DNA from: Octopus sinensis
Lineage: Eukaryota
Direction: 5' to 3'
DNA: 40,692 bases
NCBI RefSeq assembly: GCF_006345805.1
Contig: NW_021835361.1
Span: 1 to 40,692, forward strand
How positions within the stretch are numbered: the first letter of the stretch is position 1; every line of letters begins with the position of its first letter. Under the pieces are notes generated by a model that saw nothing but the letters and a program-made list of their open reading frames with translations, was not told the origin of the DNA and searched no databases. Positions 11,050 through 23,032 of this stretch are shown one piece after another. The position numbers and the translations under genes were made by a program.

Positions 11050-11810
11050 GACCAGAACTTTTGGGGAAGGAGGCCTGTCAATTAGATCAATCCCAGGGCG
11101 CAACTGGTACTTAATTTATCGATCCTGAAAGAATGAAAGGCAAAGTCGACCTCGGCGGAATTTGAACTCGGGACGTAAAGATAAACGAAACACCGCTAAG
11201 CATTTCACCCGGCGTGCTAACATTTATTTCTTTATTGCCCACAAGGAGACAAACAAGGACACACAAAGGGATTAAGTCGATTATATCGACCCCAGTGTGT
11301 AACCGATACTTAATTTATCGACCTCGAAAGGATGAAAGGCAAAGTCGACCTCGGCGGAATTTGAACTCGGGACGTAACGGCAGACGAAATACCTATTTCT
11401 TTACTACCCACAAGGGGCTAAACACAGAAGAGACAAACAAGGACACACAAACGGATTAAGTTGATTATATCGACCCCAGTGCGTAACTGGTACTTAATTT
11501 ATCGACCTCGAAAGGATGAAAACCAAACTCGACCTCGGCGGAATTTGAACTCGGGACGTAACGGCAGACGAAATACCTATTTCTTTACTACGCACAAGGG
11601 GCTAAACACAGAGGAGTCAAACAAGGACAGACAAACGGATTAAGTTGATTATATCGACCCCAGTGCGTAACTGGAGCTTTATTTATCGACCCCGAAAGGA
11701 AGAAAGGCAAAGTCATCTTCGGCGGAATTTGAACTCAGAAGGTAACAGCAGACGAAATACTGATAAGCATTTCACCCGGCGCGCTAACGTTTCTGCCAGA
11801 TCGCTGCCTT
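11050..11810 (-). mobile_element. Tandem multimer of SINE A (about 4 units)
   Basis: Repeated GATGAAAGGCAAAGTCGACCTCGGCGGAATTTGAACTC blocks. Two of the junctions read tail-AAAGAAATAGGTATTTCGTCTG. Confidence 0.9.
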
Positions 11811-11844
11811 AGTCAAGTATTTAGGTCGATTTAATCGATGATTA

Positions 11845-12200
11845 ATGCCCACCCACCAAATTTCAGACCTTGTATCTATATTCTTTTCCACACTAGGCAC
11901 AAGGCCCGAAATTTTGGGGGAGGGGGCCAGTCGATTAGATCGACCTCAGTAAGCAACTGGTACTTAATCGATGGAAGGCGGCGAGCTGGCAGAAACGTTA
12001 GCACGCCGGGCGAAATGCTTAGCAGATTTCGTCTGCCGCTACGTTCTGAGTTCAAATTCCGCCGAGGTCGACTTTGCCTTTCATCCGTTCGGAGTATATT
12101 AAATAAGTACCAGTTACGCACTGGGGTCGATGTAGTCGATTTAATCCGTTTGTCTGTCCTTTTTTGTCCCCTCTGTGTTTAGCCCCTTGTGGGTAGTAAA
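11845..12200. mobile_element. Two SINE A pieces: minus-strand tail variant (11845-11970) and plus-strand full copy (11977-12200)
   Basis: GGCGAGCTGGCAGAAACGTTAGCACG head at about 11980. Confidence 0.85.
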
Positions 12201-12499
12201 CAAATTGTTCTGACCCTGGAGGACGAATTCTTGATGCACAATACCATATTTCCGGGATTGACACTCATCGCAGAACTTCCAGATCACTCAACGTCTTTCA
12301 GAGACGTTCTTCTGCTTTTGAAGCGCCCCTGCCACTCAAAATATTGCGTACGACGCATCGTATCGTCGAATGTAAATAATGTAAACCATTGTATCGTCGC
12401 TGTAAACTTGTAAAAGCATGCTCAATGTCTCTGTAGCAGATTTCTCAAGTTTAACACTAAATATGCGTTGGATCTTGTTTCTTGCCTATGACAAAATTG

Positions 12500-12900
12500 C
12501 AGGAGTGGCTGTGTGGTAAGTAGCTTGCTTACCAACCACATGGTTCCGGGTTCAGTCCCACTGCGTGGCACCTTGGGCAAGTGTCTTCTACTATAGCCTC
12601 GGGCCGACCAATGCCTTGTGAGTGGATTTGGTAGACAGAAACTAAAAGAAGCCCGTCGTATATATGTATATATATGTGTGTGTGTGTGTGTTTGTGTGTC
12701 TGTGTTTGTCCCCCCAACATCGCTTGACAACCGATGCTGGTGCGTTTACGAGCCCGTAACTTAGCGGTTCGGCAAAAGAGAACGATAGAATAAGTACTAG
12801 GCTTACAAAGAATAAGTCCTGGGGGGGGTCGATTTCCTCGACTAAAGGCGGTGCTCCAGCATGGCCGCAGTCAAATGACTGAAACAAGTAAAAGAGTAAA
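12500..12900 (+). mobile_element. SINE family B
   Basis: GCAGGAGTGGCTGTGTGGTAAG head through the AAAAGAGTAAAA tail. Confidence 0.9.
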
Positions 12901-13154
12901 AGGGGCTACAGCAGACATGTGATGACAAAAACACAAATTTCACAATTTGCGAAGTAAACACAGCGATTTCACTCGGCCCTCTGCTTTAGGAAGGTCACCA
13001 CAAGCTCTCATTACGCACGCGCAACCGTGTGCTGCCGTCTGTTGGTGCACTACAGGGCTAGTCCTGGAACTTTTTGATACCACCTAGAATTTTGTCTGTT
13101 TTTCTAAACACCCACTTGATGTCTAATCTGATACTTTCTTTTATTTTTTTTTTT

Positions 13155-13343
13155 TTTCGGTCATTTGACTGCGGCCATGCTGGAGCACTGCCTTTACTCG
13201 AGCAAATCGAACCCAGAACTTATTCTTTGTAAGCCTAGTACTTATTATTTCGGTCTCTCTTGCTGAACCGCTAAGTTACGGAGACGTAAATACACCAGCA
13301 TCGGTTGTCAAGCGATGTTGGTGGGAGGACAAACACAGACACT

Positions 13344-13388
<45 letters not shown>

Positions 13389-13552
13389 GACGGGTTTCTT
13401 TCAGTTTCCGTCTACCAAATCCACTCGCAAGGTTTGGTCGGCCCAAGGTTATAGTAGAAGACACTTACCTAAGGTTCCACGTAGTGGGACTGAACCCGGA
13501 ACCATGTGGTGGGTAAGCAAGCTACTTATCACACAGCCACTACTGCGCCTAT
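13155..13552 (-). mobile_element. SINE family B
   Basis: Full head and tail match the other copies. Confidence 0.9.
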
Positions 13553-13555
13553 AAG

Positions 13556-13585
13556 AAAATATGGAACGCTTCACGAATTTGCGTG
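13556..13585 (-). pseudogene. RNU6: U6 snRNA 3'-terminal 30-nt fragment
   Basis: Minus strand CACGCAAATTCGTGAAGCGTTCCATATTTT matches the conserved metazoan U6 3' end as I recall it. No more 5' U6 sequence is present. Confidence 0.88.
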
Positions 13586-13859
13586 AATACCTGCTGATTA
13601 CACAGTAATTAAGTATTTTTCATAAATTTTTACATTATCCCATATTTTCCCTTCCATAAAGACGTGCTTATAATACAAATCGCCTAAACTGCCAACCTGA
13701 GGCGCTGATTACGATGGGTCTAATGTCTGTTACAATTGCACACACCAATTTAATGAGCTTGAAAACTTTACCCTTTTTTAAAATCTTTATCTTTGCAATT
13801 CGTTTATACATAATTGCTGTAAAGAAAGATTTAGTCTTGGATCCGCGATATCGGGATTC

Positions 13860-14250
13860 TATAACAACCACTCTTAAATAATTTTCTGAATAATTAACGC
13901 AATAGTGAGAAGAGATTTTTCGGTAGTATCCAGCGGTACACAGCTTGCAGAGTGTGTCGTTTGTTTGATATGATTGTACACGGTACAATACTTCCCAATT
14001 ATTGCAAAAGGAAATATTTTAAAACTCAAGTACCCAATTATGTTTAGATGCATAGAAATGTTTTTCCTTGTTTACGTTGAGGAAAGTGTGCGTATGTTCG
14101 TTGTATCCGATTTTCAACTGGTTTGCTGATATCCTACTAATCGTAATTAGTATTGTAAGATTTTAGAATTACTGTTGTGCTATACATTATGTTATTTGTA
14201 AGGTATTTGCCGTTTAGAGAGCAGGATGGAGTGTGTTGTAGTCTTCTTCT
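13860..14250 (-). mobile_element. Decayed Penelope-like GIY-YIG C-terminal region
   Basis: Frameshifted segments CSLNGKYLTNNIMYSTTV and NWEVLYRVQSYQTNDTLCKLC resemble PLE CPLxGxCLxxNIVYKATV and WxILxRAxSYxxGxxxCxLC. Confidence 0.6.
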
Positions 14251-14554
14251 TCCAATCAGGACTCACGCCATTAGCCACAAAGTATAATCTCTAATTCGAG
14301 CCTACTCTAAGCTACTAAGAATGCATGTGGCAACTTGAAGATCCACCCACCACACGTTCTTGACTGGCGGTTGCACGGGCGCGAAATGTACGTTGTTATC
14401 CTCATTCCGTAAATGGTGGCTTTTAACGGGTGGAGAGCTGAACCATCCTGGGGTACAGAGGATTCGCATTCTAGACTAGGGTCTGAAAGTTTACCACACC
14501 ATACTGGGTTACACCATGGTTCCTCTGCTTTGTGGCAAAAGTAGGAAGAAAGAG

Positions 14555-14725
14555 TGAGAGGAATTGTGGTGAAAGAGTACAGCGGGGTTCACCACCCACC
14601 TCCCCGCCGGAGCCTCGTGGAGCTTAGGTGTTTTTGCTCAATAAACACAATGCCCGATCTGGGAATCGAAACTGCGTTCTTACGACCGCGTGTCCGCTGC
14701 CCTAACCACTGGGCCATTGCGTTTC
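14555..14725 (-). mobile_element. tRNA-derived SINE family C
   Basis: GCAATGGCCCAGTGGTTAGGGCAGCGGAC...GTTTCGATTCCCAGA...ACACCTAAGCTCCACGAGGCTCCGGC. Same family as 16140, 27657 and 29294. Confidence 0.85.
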
Positions 14726-15539
14726 CACTGTGTTGTAGTTGCAACTAATAGAAATAGATATATAGTTTTGAACTTCGTTTTAAAAGTTTTCGGTAGTTAT
14801 TATTGGCCGCAGTTCCTTTTTCCATTTTTCAAATTATTTATTGTGAAGTTAGAAAATTTTTGTATTGGTGTATGCCTATCAGTTTGTGGTACTTGTAACT
14901 GGGATGGAAACACATTTTGTATATTCTGATGAACAGATTGACTACTAATGAGGAGACTTCGTTATTGAAGAGGATTTGAACCTGGTAATATTTTTTCCGT
15001 ATTTCGATGTTTCTTGTATATTGTCGGTGTGGGGTTGCTTATGTTTTGAGATTGTTCACTGTAACTGCTACTGTGTAGTGTTTTGTCGTGTGGAGTTTTA
15101 ATACATTATATGATGAAAAAAGAGAATCATTGAGATGTTCTTCGTTGGCTTTTTAATTGTAAGAATTTGTGTACATATTAGATTTTTTCATTTTCATTCT
15201 TTGATGCAAGATTCTATATCAAAGTTAACTTTGAGAAAATTGTTCTGCAAGTTGTGGTAACTATAAAAGGGAGTCCTAGGTTTTGGAAATATTTGTTGGT
15301 TATTTATGCGTTAAAGCTTCTAATGGAGTCAGAGACAATCGTTTCTATGGCGACCACCTGAAACAAAGAGCAGTCTTGTGTGTAGACCGATGATGTCGCT
15401 TACCTCGGTTGAGTCTTTTCACCCCATGCTAGCTCAAACGTTTCTTTAGCATTTTTCTTATCCCAGTAAGCATTGATGCAAAACAAAAGATTACCTGGCT
15501 TGTATTATTACGACTATTTCTGTGTTTCTGATTCTTGTT

Positions 15540-15753
15540 GTTATTATTATTATTATTAATATTATTATTATTAATATTATTATTAATATTATTATTATTA
15601 ATATTATTATTATTATTATTAATATTATTAATATTATTATTTATATTATTATTATTATTATTTATATTATCATTAATATTATTATTATTATTATTAATAA
15701 TATTATTATTATTAATATTATTATTATTAATTATTAATTATTATTAATTATTA

Positions 15754-15786
<33 letters not shown>

Positions 15787-15787
15787 G
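15540..15787. repeat. (ATT)n/(TAA)n imperfect microsatellite
   Basis: Read directly. Confidence 0.95.
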
Positions 15788-16012
15788 GTTTTGAAAAGTT
15801 CAAAGCCGTTGTAATTATTGGTTCTGGTATTGTCGTCTAATAGTCTTCACGGGCAAGGCGGGAAAATGGACCTTATTTCTGTCTGTTTCCCCCACTTACA
15901 CAACCACTTCCCTTGTGTACAGATAATAAACTTAATTCTCATTCACGTTATTCCACCTACCAAAGGAACACCCAACCAAAAATTATATAAATCCTGGAAG
16001 AACCAAAGTAAA

Positions 16013-16058
16013 GCAGTGAACGATGACGGCTGGTAAGCCGAACCTTCAAAGTCACTGT
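16013..16058 (+). ncRNA. Decayed hammerhead-like motif (same family as 3971-4015)
   Basis: GCAGT-gaaCGATGA-C-GGCT ggta AGCC-GAAc-CTTCaAAG-TC-ACTGT. Stems are recognisable, core is damaged. Confidence 0.55.
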
Positions 16059-16139
16059 CAAACTTTTCCTTGCAAGAATAAATATGTACTCAACAAAACT
16101 CTTGAGCAATCCTTCAGTTTAATGTTAAATTGTTTTTTA

Positions 16140-16460
16140 ATTCCCAGACCGGGCGTTGTGACTGTTTATTGAGCGAAAACACCTAAAGCCCCACGAGGCT
16201 CCGGCAGGGGGGGGGTGATCCCTGCTGTACTTTTTCACCACAACTCTCTCTCTCTCTTACTTCCTGTTTCTGTTGTACCTGTATTTCAAAGGGCCGGCCT
16301 TGTCACTCTCTGTGTCACGCTGAATATCCCCGAGAACTACGTTAAGGGTGCACGTGTCTGTGGAGTGCTCAGCCACTTACACGTTAATTTCACGAGCAGG
16401 CTGTTCCGTTGATTCGGATCAACCGGAACCCTCGTCGTCGGAACCGACGGAGTGCTTCCA
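16140..16460 (+). mobile_element. SINE family C, head-truncated
   Basis: TTCCCAGACCGGGCGTTGTG...ACACCTAAAGCCCCACGAGGCTCCGGCAGGGGG. Confidence 0.8.
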
Positions 16461-16629
16461 TCAAATTGTTTTTATATTTAAATTGACATAAAAAGTCATG
16501 TGGTGGGTGGCGGGGTGTATATTTAATTTCAATGTAAATTTCACGTTTTCGTATAATTTTAGATGTAATATAGAGTATCTGAAATGTGCTGAAATTGAGG
16601 TGTAATGAAAGATATTATGAATTTATATA

Positions 16630-16860
16630 AGGCAGCGAGTTGGCAGAATCGTTAGCACGCCGGGCGAAATGCTTATCGGTATTTCGTCTGCCGCTACGTT
16701 CTGTGTTCAAATTCCACCGAGGTCGACTTTGCCTTTTTTTCCTTTCGGGGTCGATAAATTAAGTACCAGTTACGCGCTGGGGTCGGTGTAATCGACTTAA
16801 TCCGTTTGTCTGTCATTGTTTCTCCCCTCGATGTTTAGCCTCTTGTGGGTAATAAAGAAA
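16630..16860 (+). mobile_element. SINE family A
   Basis: Full head and tail. Confidence 0.9.
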
Positions 16861-16896
16861 CATATAATGAATTTATATAGATTATATATAACTATG

Positions 16897-17120
16897 TGGA
16901 GTCGCGTGGCTTGGTGGTTAGAGTGTTGAACTCATGATCGTAAGGTTGTGGTTTCGATTCCTGGACCGGGCGATGCGTTGTGTTCTTGAGCAAAACACTT
17001 CATTTCACGTTGCTCCAGTTCACCCAGCTGGCAAAAATGAGTAATCCTGCGACGGGCCAGCATAACGTCCAGGTGGGGAATTTCTACGCCACTGAAACCG
17101 GGAAAACGGCCCTTATGAAC
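16897..17120 (+). mobile_element. tRNA-derived SINE, C-related subfamily
   Basis: GTGGCTTGGTGGTTAGAGTG...GGTTTCGATTCCTGGACCGGGC, then GTTCTTGAGCAAAACACTT; tail GAAACCGGGAAAACGGCCCTTATGA, as at 27890. Related copy at 26163-26475. Confidence 0.8.
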
Positions 17121-17462
17121 CTGGAACATTTATTTATATATATGTAACTATAATCTGCCAATTTCTAGGTGAGAATGAAAGAGGGACAGTCCTCTTTGAT
17201 GAAGACCTCTAAGAAGACTAGTTAGATCGAATCCACTTTTTCTGCTGACGGGAAGAAAATTCAATGGCGTAATCACTTGACGTACTTTTGACAACAAGGT
17301 TAAAATTATAAGTTTAGTCAAAAAAGGTATCATTAAATTATCCAAAAGTATTAGATTAATTCATTCATTCATTCATTGATATCCAAAACAGTATTAATGA
17401 ATTAATTCACATTGTAAGTGCATGCGCTGTTATGCAAATTAGAGTGTTGTGTAGCCGAGTGT

Positions 17463-17505
17463 GTTCTCTGATGAAGGTCTAAGATGACTAGAAACTAGTC
17501 AGTAA
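17463..17505 (+). ncRNA. Minimal hammerhead-like motif with weakened stems
   Basis: CTGATGA-A-GGTC taagat GACT-a-GAAA-CTAG-TC^AG. Conserved core present, palindromic CTAG in stem III, stems I and II imperfect. Confidence 0.55.
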
Positions 17506-17595
17506 AATTGTCTTTCTGTTCTCATAAAAATGAAAAGTGAGGTATAACCAATTTGTTTATTTTTAACAGCGAGCTTAAACTCGTATATTTATTGA

Positions 17596-17754
<159 letters not shown>

Positions 17755-18339
17755 TGATTATTCAGTCCGCTACTTTAAGATGAATATACGTGTGTGAGAT
17801 ATAGAGAGATAGTGAGACTAGAAAGACCGAGAAAGAACGAGTGAAAATAAGTAAATAGAAAAAAAGAAACGAGATAAAGGCGTGGATGGAAGGTAGATAA
17901 AAGTTGTCCTTAGATTTTTAAAAAAATATCTAAGAATTCCACAGATCTATCGAATTCCACATCCGATATTTTCACTAACATCTGGATAATATTCTGTTAT
18001 CGAACTGACGAATACCATCCTCTGTGAATTAAGTATAAATCTCACAAACTTTAACCTTTTCCCCAAACCAACCATTGTTAATTCCTATTCTAACAGGCCA
18101 AAGAGACAACTAATTTTTCCATTCTCTTCATACCTTTTCTCGTTTCCCTTTTCGTAATTTGTTTTCTCTCTCTCCTTTTTTTTTCTTGATTTTTTTCCTT
18201 GGAGAGCAGCCATCGTAGATATTGAGGCTGATTGATTACTCAATAGTACACGACACACTATACAATCTCGTCTGACTGTCGTACTATTAGAAGCACGAAA
18301 CTATTAGTCGCTCACATTTAAATCTTGTTTATATCAAAT

Positions 18340-18727
18340 TACACATATATACATACATACATACATACATACATACAGAAGTTTGTCATTTAAATATATA
18401 TGAGCATGTCTAGATATGCATCTATATGCACGAGAATCATACATAAAGCAAAACATACAAATCTTCACATACATACATGCATACATACATACCCTGCTGT
18501 TGATGTTGAAAATCCAATGAAGGAGTCTTGGATCTAGGTTAGAAACCGGTTCTTTCTCTATTGGCAAGAAATATTGAAATAAAACTGAACAATGACATAC
18601 ATACATATATACATACATACATACAAAAGTACCTGTTGGTGTTGGAATTCCAATGAAGAGGACTTGGATCTAGGTTAGAAACCGGTTCTTTCCCTATTGG
18701 CAAGAAATCTTGAAATAAAACTGAACA
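18340..18727 (+). mobile_element. Second stack of (CATA)n-separated retroelement 3' ends (R4-b-like 3'UTR plus two E copies)
   Basis: 18376-18468 is homologous to the reverse complement of 4338-4420. 18492-18596 and 18628-18727 are homologous to 4050-4165. Confidence 0.75.
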
Positions 18728-19150
18728 TAGGCGCAGGAGTGGCTGTGTGGTAAGTAGCTTGCTTACCAACCACATGGTTCCGGGTTCAATCCCACTGCGT
18801 GGCACCTTGGGCTAGCGTCTTCTACTATAGCCTCGGGCCGACCAAAGCCTTGTGAGTGGATTTGGTAGACGGAAACTGAAAGAAGCCCGTCGTATATATG
18901 TATATATATATATATATATATATGTGCGTGTTTGTGTGTTTGTGTTTGTGTTTGCCCCCCCCCAACATCGCTTGACAACCGATGCTGGTGTGTTTACGTC
19001 CCCGTAACTTAGCGGTTCGGCAAAGGGACCGATATGATAAGTACTAGGCTTACAAAAAGAATAAGTCCTGGAGTCGATTTGTTCGACTAAAGGCGGTGCT
19101 CCAGCATGGCAAAAAAGTCAAATGACTGAAACATGTAAAAGAGATAAAAG
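18728..19150 (+). mobile_element. SINE family B, full length
   Basis: TAGGCGCAGGAGTGGCTGTGTGG head directly after CAT; complete tail. Confidence 0.92.
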
Positions 19151-19429
19151 AGAAATGACGTACATACATACATACATTATGTGCATGCTTATGCATCTAT
19201 ACAATTACGAATGTGCATGACACGTTTCCATTGAGCTTAGAACTCAATTATCGGTTATCATTAAAATCCTACTTCCTACTCGATATAAAACCCATTCATG
19301 ACATCGAACGATGGGTCAAAGTACACAGTCCGAGCCACGTTATATAATGAGGAACGCAGAGAATATTATTGGTAATTTAATACTTTCATATACATCTATT
19401 TCAATGTGTTAGCTCTTCGTTTATCTTTC

Positions 19430-19670
19430 ACTTGATTCAGTTATTGGATTGCGACCATGCTACGGCACTGCCTTGAAGCATTATAGTCAAACGAATCGAC
19501 TCCACCACTTGTTTTCTTTTTTGCATTTATTTACTTATTTATTTTGAAGCCTAGAACTTATTCTATTGATCTCTGTTGCCGAACCGCTAAGTTACTGGGA
19601 CGTAAAGAAACCAACACTGGGTGTGTTGTTTGTCCCCTGCCCCATCGGTAGTGGCCACACACACACACAT

Positions 19671-19701
<31 letters not shown>

Positions 19702-20360
19702 ATTATTATTATCATTATTAGGGAAGATTAATTCCGAGTCCACGAGAATAAGACGTTCAAATTAAAGGTACTAAAGTGAACTTCTCTCAATATTTTACTC
19801 ATATATACAAAAGTAGTTTCAGAGACAGAACCAACCTCAACTCAGTCAATTCAAATATTTTGGGATACATAAAAGTTTTCTTTATTTATATGTTTATATA
19901 AATTCTATATTATTTAATATCTTTTACTTATTCTATTATTCTTAAAAATTAGACATTACATTTAAATTAAGTTTCTAAATTTAAGTTTAAAAATTTCAAA
20001 AAATTAACGAATAAAAATAATGAATGAATTTAATTTGTAAAGTTTAATTATGTTAACAATTTTTAGTCAAATAATTTCAATCATCATAGAGTTATATAGA
20101 ATGTAGATAGAGTAATAAATGTGTAGAATCCAGACCTGAAGATTGGAAGTACGTCGATCTAATCGAGTATTGAAACTAGAGACCTTATATCTCAAAAATA
20201 CCGAAATACTGTCAGGAAACACGTGTTGTCTTTAAAATGGAAAGCATGGGATTCTGAATAGATATAGTAAGTATCATCTTTGATATTTTATGGCTCGGTC
20301 GGGTATAATATATTTCAGTGTTGATTGAGTTGAGGGTGGTTCTGTCTCTAAAACTTCTTT

Positions 20361-20397
<37 letters not shown>

Positions 20398-20560
20398 GAC
20401 GGACTTCTTTAGGTTTCTGTGCACGAAATCCACTCACACGGCATATTTGTCAGCCCGGGGTTACGGTAGAGGACACTTGCCCAAGGTGCCGCGTGCAAGT
20501 GGGTTTGAACTCAGAAGCATGTGCGTTGGAATCAAACTTCGTACTACACTGCCTCGACAG
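19430..20560 (-). mobile_element. SINE family B split in two (tail 19430-19665, head 20395-20560) by an insertion in its internal microsatellite
   Basis: The halves are collinear, on the same strand and in the expected order. Confidence 0.7.
19806..20364 (+). mobile_element. About 560-bp AT-rich element with 44-bp terminal inverted repeats (PLE-type fold-back or TA-site MITE)
   Basis: TACAAAAGTAGTTTCAGAGACAGAACCAACCTCAACTCAGTCAA / TTGATTGAGTTGAGGGTGGTTCTGTCTCTAAAACTTCTTTTGTA. Internal CTGAAGA...GAAACTAG remnant at 20136-20179. Confidence 0.75.
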
Positions 20561-20610
20561 CCCCTCTTATAACGTATCGTTTCGCTGAAGATGTACGTTA
20601 TTATTTCAAC

Positions 20611-20649
<39 letters not shown>

Positions 20650-21239
20650 TACATACGCATGAATAGCAGCAAAAATGCGTTTCTCATAAAATGTGTGTGT
20701 GTTCGTGCGCGGAGAGAGAGAGAAAGATAGAAAAAGATTATATATTTATAATACATATGCAGCTAAACTCAAACTCACGTAGTCACACATACGTCGCACA
20801 CACATGTATACATACACGGACAGGCAGGCACAGAGAAGCGCGTTCTCACACATACATACAGTCACACAGGTAGAAGATAGCTCCAAGCGGCTATTCTAAA
20901 TTTTTAACAATAATTAACGATTGACTATCATAAAAGTCAAATGCAGAAAATAAAGAAAAAACAAAGAATAACATGAAACTTTGAATCAAGATATACGTTT
21001 TTAAAAAATACAAATTAAATTAAGAAAAAATATATATATATATATGGCCGGTGGATGACTGATGTCGTGTCTGATATAGCGGGCGATTGTCTTATATCTA
21101 GGTGTTTTGTACTATGAAGCAACACATCACTTTTCTGCCGTTTATACATATATATATATATATATATATAGCACCGGGTATTATAATAAGGTGTAATTGT
21201 GGCGGTTAGTAACCAATGTAGTAGAAACATGTGTAGGTC

Positions 21240-21294
<55 letters not shown>

Positions 21295-21523
21295 ATATTA
21301 ATGCTACTTCGCAATAATTCTTATTATAATATACATACATATATATATATATATAATCAAAATAAGCAACAAGTATATCCAAAGGTAGTGTAGTACAATC
21401 GTTGGATATCCTTGTTGCTTATGATTATAATCGCCACATTTTATTTATATGGATAATACCATACCAAATTCTGGTGCCTTTAACTTAAGTACCATATTCA
21501 TCTGAATCTAATTTTTTTCTGAA

Positions 21524-21576
<53 letters not shown>

Positions 21577-22224
21577 TATATATATAGAAGAGCATATGAG
21601 AGTGTGTGTTCGTTCGAAACATTTCTGTCATATATTCTAATGATTACATATTTGTTCTAAAATGTATTTAACATTCACGTGAGAAATTTGACTGGCGATT
21701 GCTATTGCTGCCTTCTATGGTTGTTTTCAGAGTAAGAAGCAAAGAAAAAAGAGAGTTTATTTAACATTTTCTGTTCTTATAAAACACGTCACTTTTTCTC
21801 GTGTCAATGCGGGTTCATTTGAATGTCATTTCACTTCCTCTTTTTTTTTTCTCTCTAGTAAAATATATCTATTCATTTACCCCTTTTTTGCTTTGTCTAT
21901 ATTTTTCTAAACAAATCCCCTTTACCTGTGACCGTGTAAACGTCTTCATAATTAAAACTCGCCCCCACTTTTTTCTTGTGCTCCTATCTGTTTGATAATC
22001 TAAACCTTGTCATTTTATTACATCTGTATAGTGAAGGAGTGCCGCGAAGCTTATTTCATCTTTTAGGTCTTGCATTACTCTTCATGATACCTCAATGTCT
22101 ATTCTTCTAAACTTCACGTCACTTATTTGTATATCTACATAAACGTTTGCTTAATTTAAAGCTCAACTTATTTTGTCCTCTCTCATATACATACATACAT
22201 ACATATATACATATATATATATAC

Positions 22225-22269
<45 letters not shown>

Positions 22270-22275
22270 CATATA

Positions 22276-22313
<38 letters not shown>

Positions 22314-22499
22314 CATATATATATAATAAATATTAGGGAATAAATCCAAATTTACAGGGAAAAAATCAGATTTAGGATTAAATCGATTTTATAGTAAAAT
22401 ATTATAAAATATTATTCGAGACAAAACCACTATTTTGCAAAACAAACAAGGAAAGACTTAATTAATACATAAAATTTTAATAAATAGTCAAAAAAACCG

Positions 22500-22542
22500 C
22501 CACTACAATCGTTTCTTGTCTTGATCGACAATCTTCAGGTGG
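22500..22542 (-). ncRNA. Type-I hammerhead ribozyme, intact
   Basis: CCAC-CTGAAGA-TTGTC gatcaa GACAA-GAAA-C gatt G-TA^GTGG. Stem I pairs 4/4, stem II 5/5, cleavage triplet GUA. Confidence 0.85.
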
Positions 22543-22594
22543 ACTTCCAATAATTCAGTGTCAAATTATAATTTGACACTGAATTATTGGAAGT

Positions 22595-22637
22595 CCACCT
22601 GAAGATTGTCGATCAAGACAAGAAACGATTGTAGGGC
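22595..22637 (+). ncRNA. Mirror hammerhead with stem I damaged
   Basis: Same as the minus-strand copy except GTAGGGC instead of GTAGTGGC. Confidence 0.75.
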
Positions 22638-22737
22638 GGTTTTTTTGACTATTTATTAAAATTTTATGTATTAATTAAGTCTTTCCTTGTTTGTTTTGCA
22701 AAATAGTGGTTTTGTCTCGAATAATATTTTATACATA

Positions 22738-22775
<38 letters not shown>

Positions 22776-22924
22776 CATATATATATACACATACATATAT
22801 ATACACATACATATATATACACACATACATATATATACACATACATATATATACACATACATATATACACATACATATATACACATACATATATACACAT
22901 ACATGCATATATATACATACATGC

Positions 22925-22991
<67 letters not shown>

Positions 22992-23032
22992 CATTCATAT
23001 ATATGCATACATATATATATATATATAAAATA

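Larger units (their letters stand above)
22403..22733. repeat. Near-perfect 331-bp spacerless palindrome carrying a hammerhead in each arm
   Basis: Centre TCAAATTA|TAATTTGA at 22568/22569. Arms are 166 and 165 bp; the only difference seen is a 1-bp deletion at about 22634. Confidence 0.96.

Noticed and set aside
15330-15500. Possible minus-strand exons (GAG|gtaagc donor, tttcag| acceptor)
   Set aside because: The joined frame stops within four codons and resembles no known protein.
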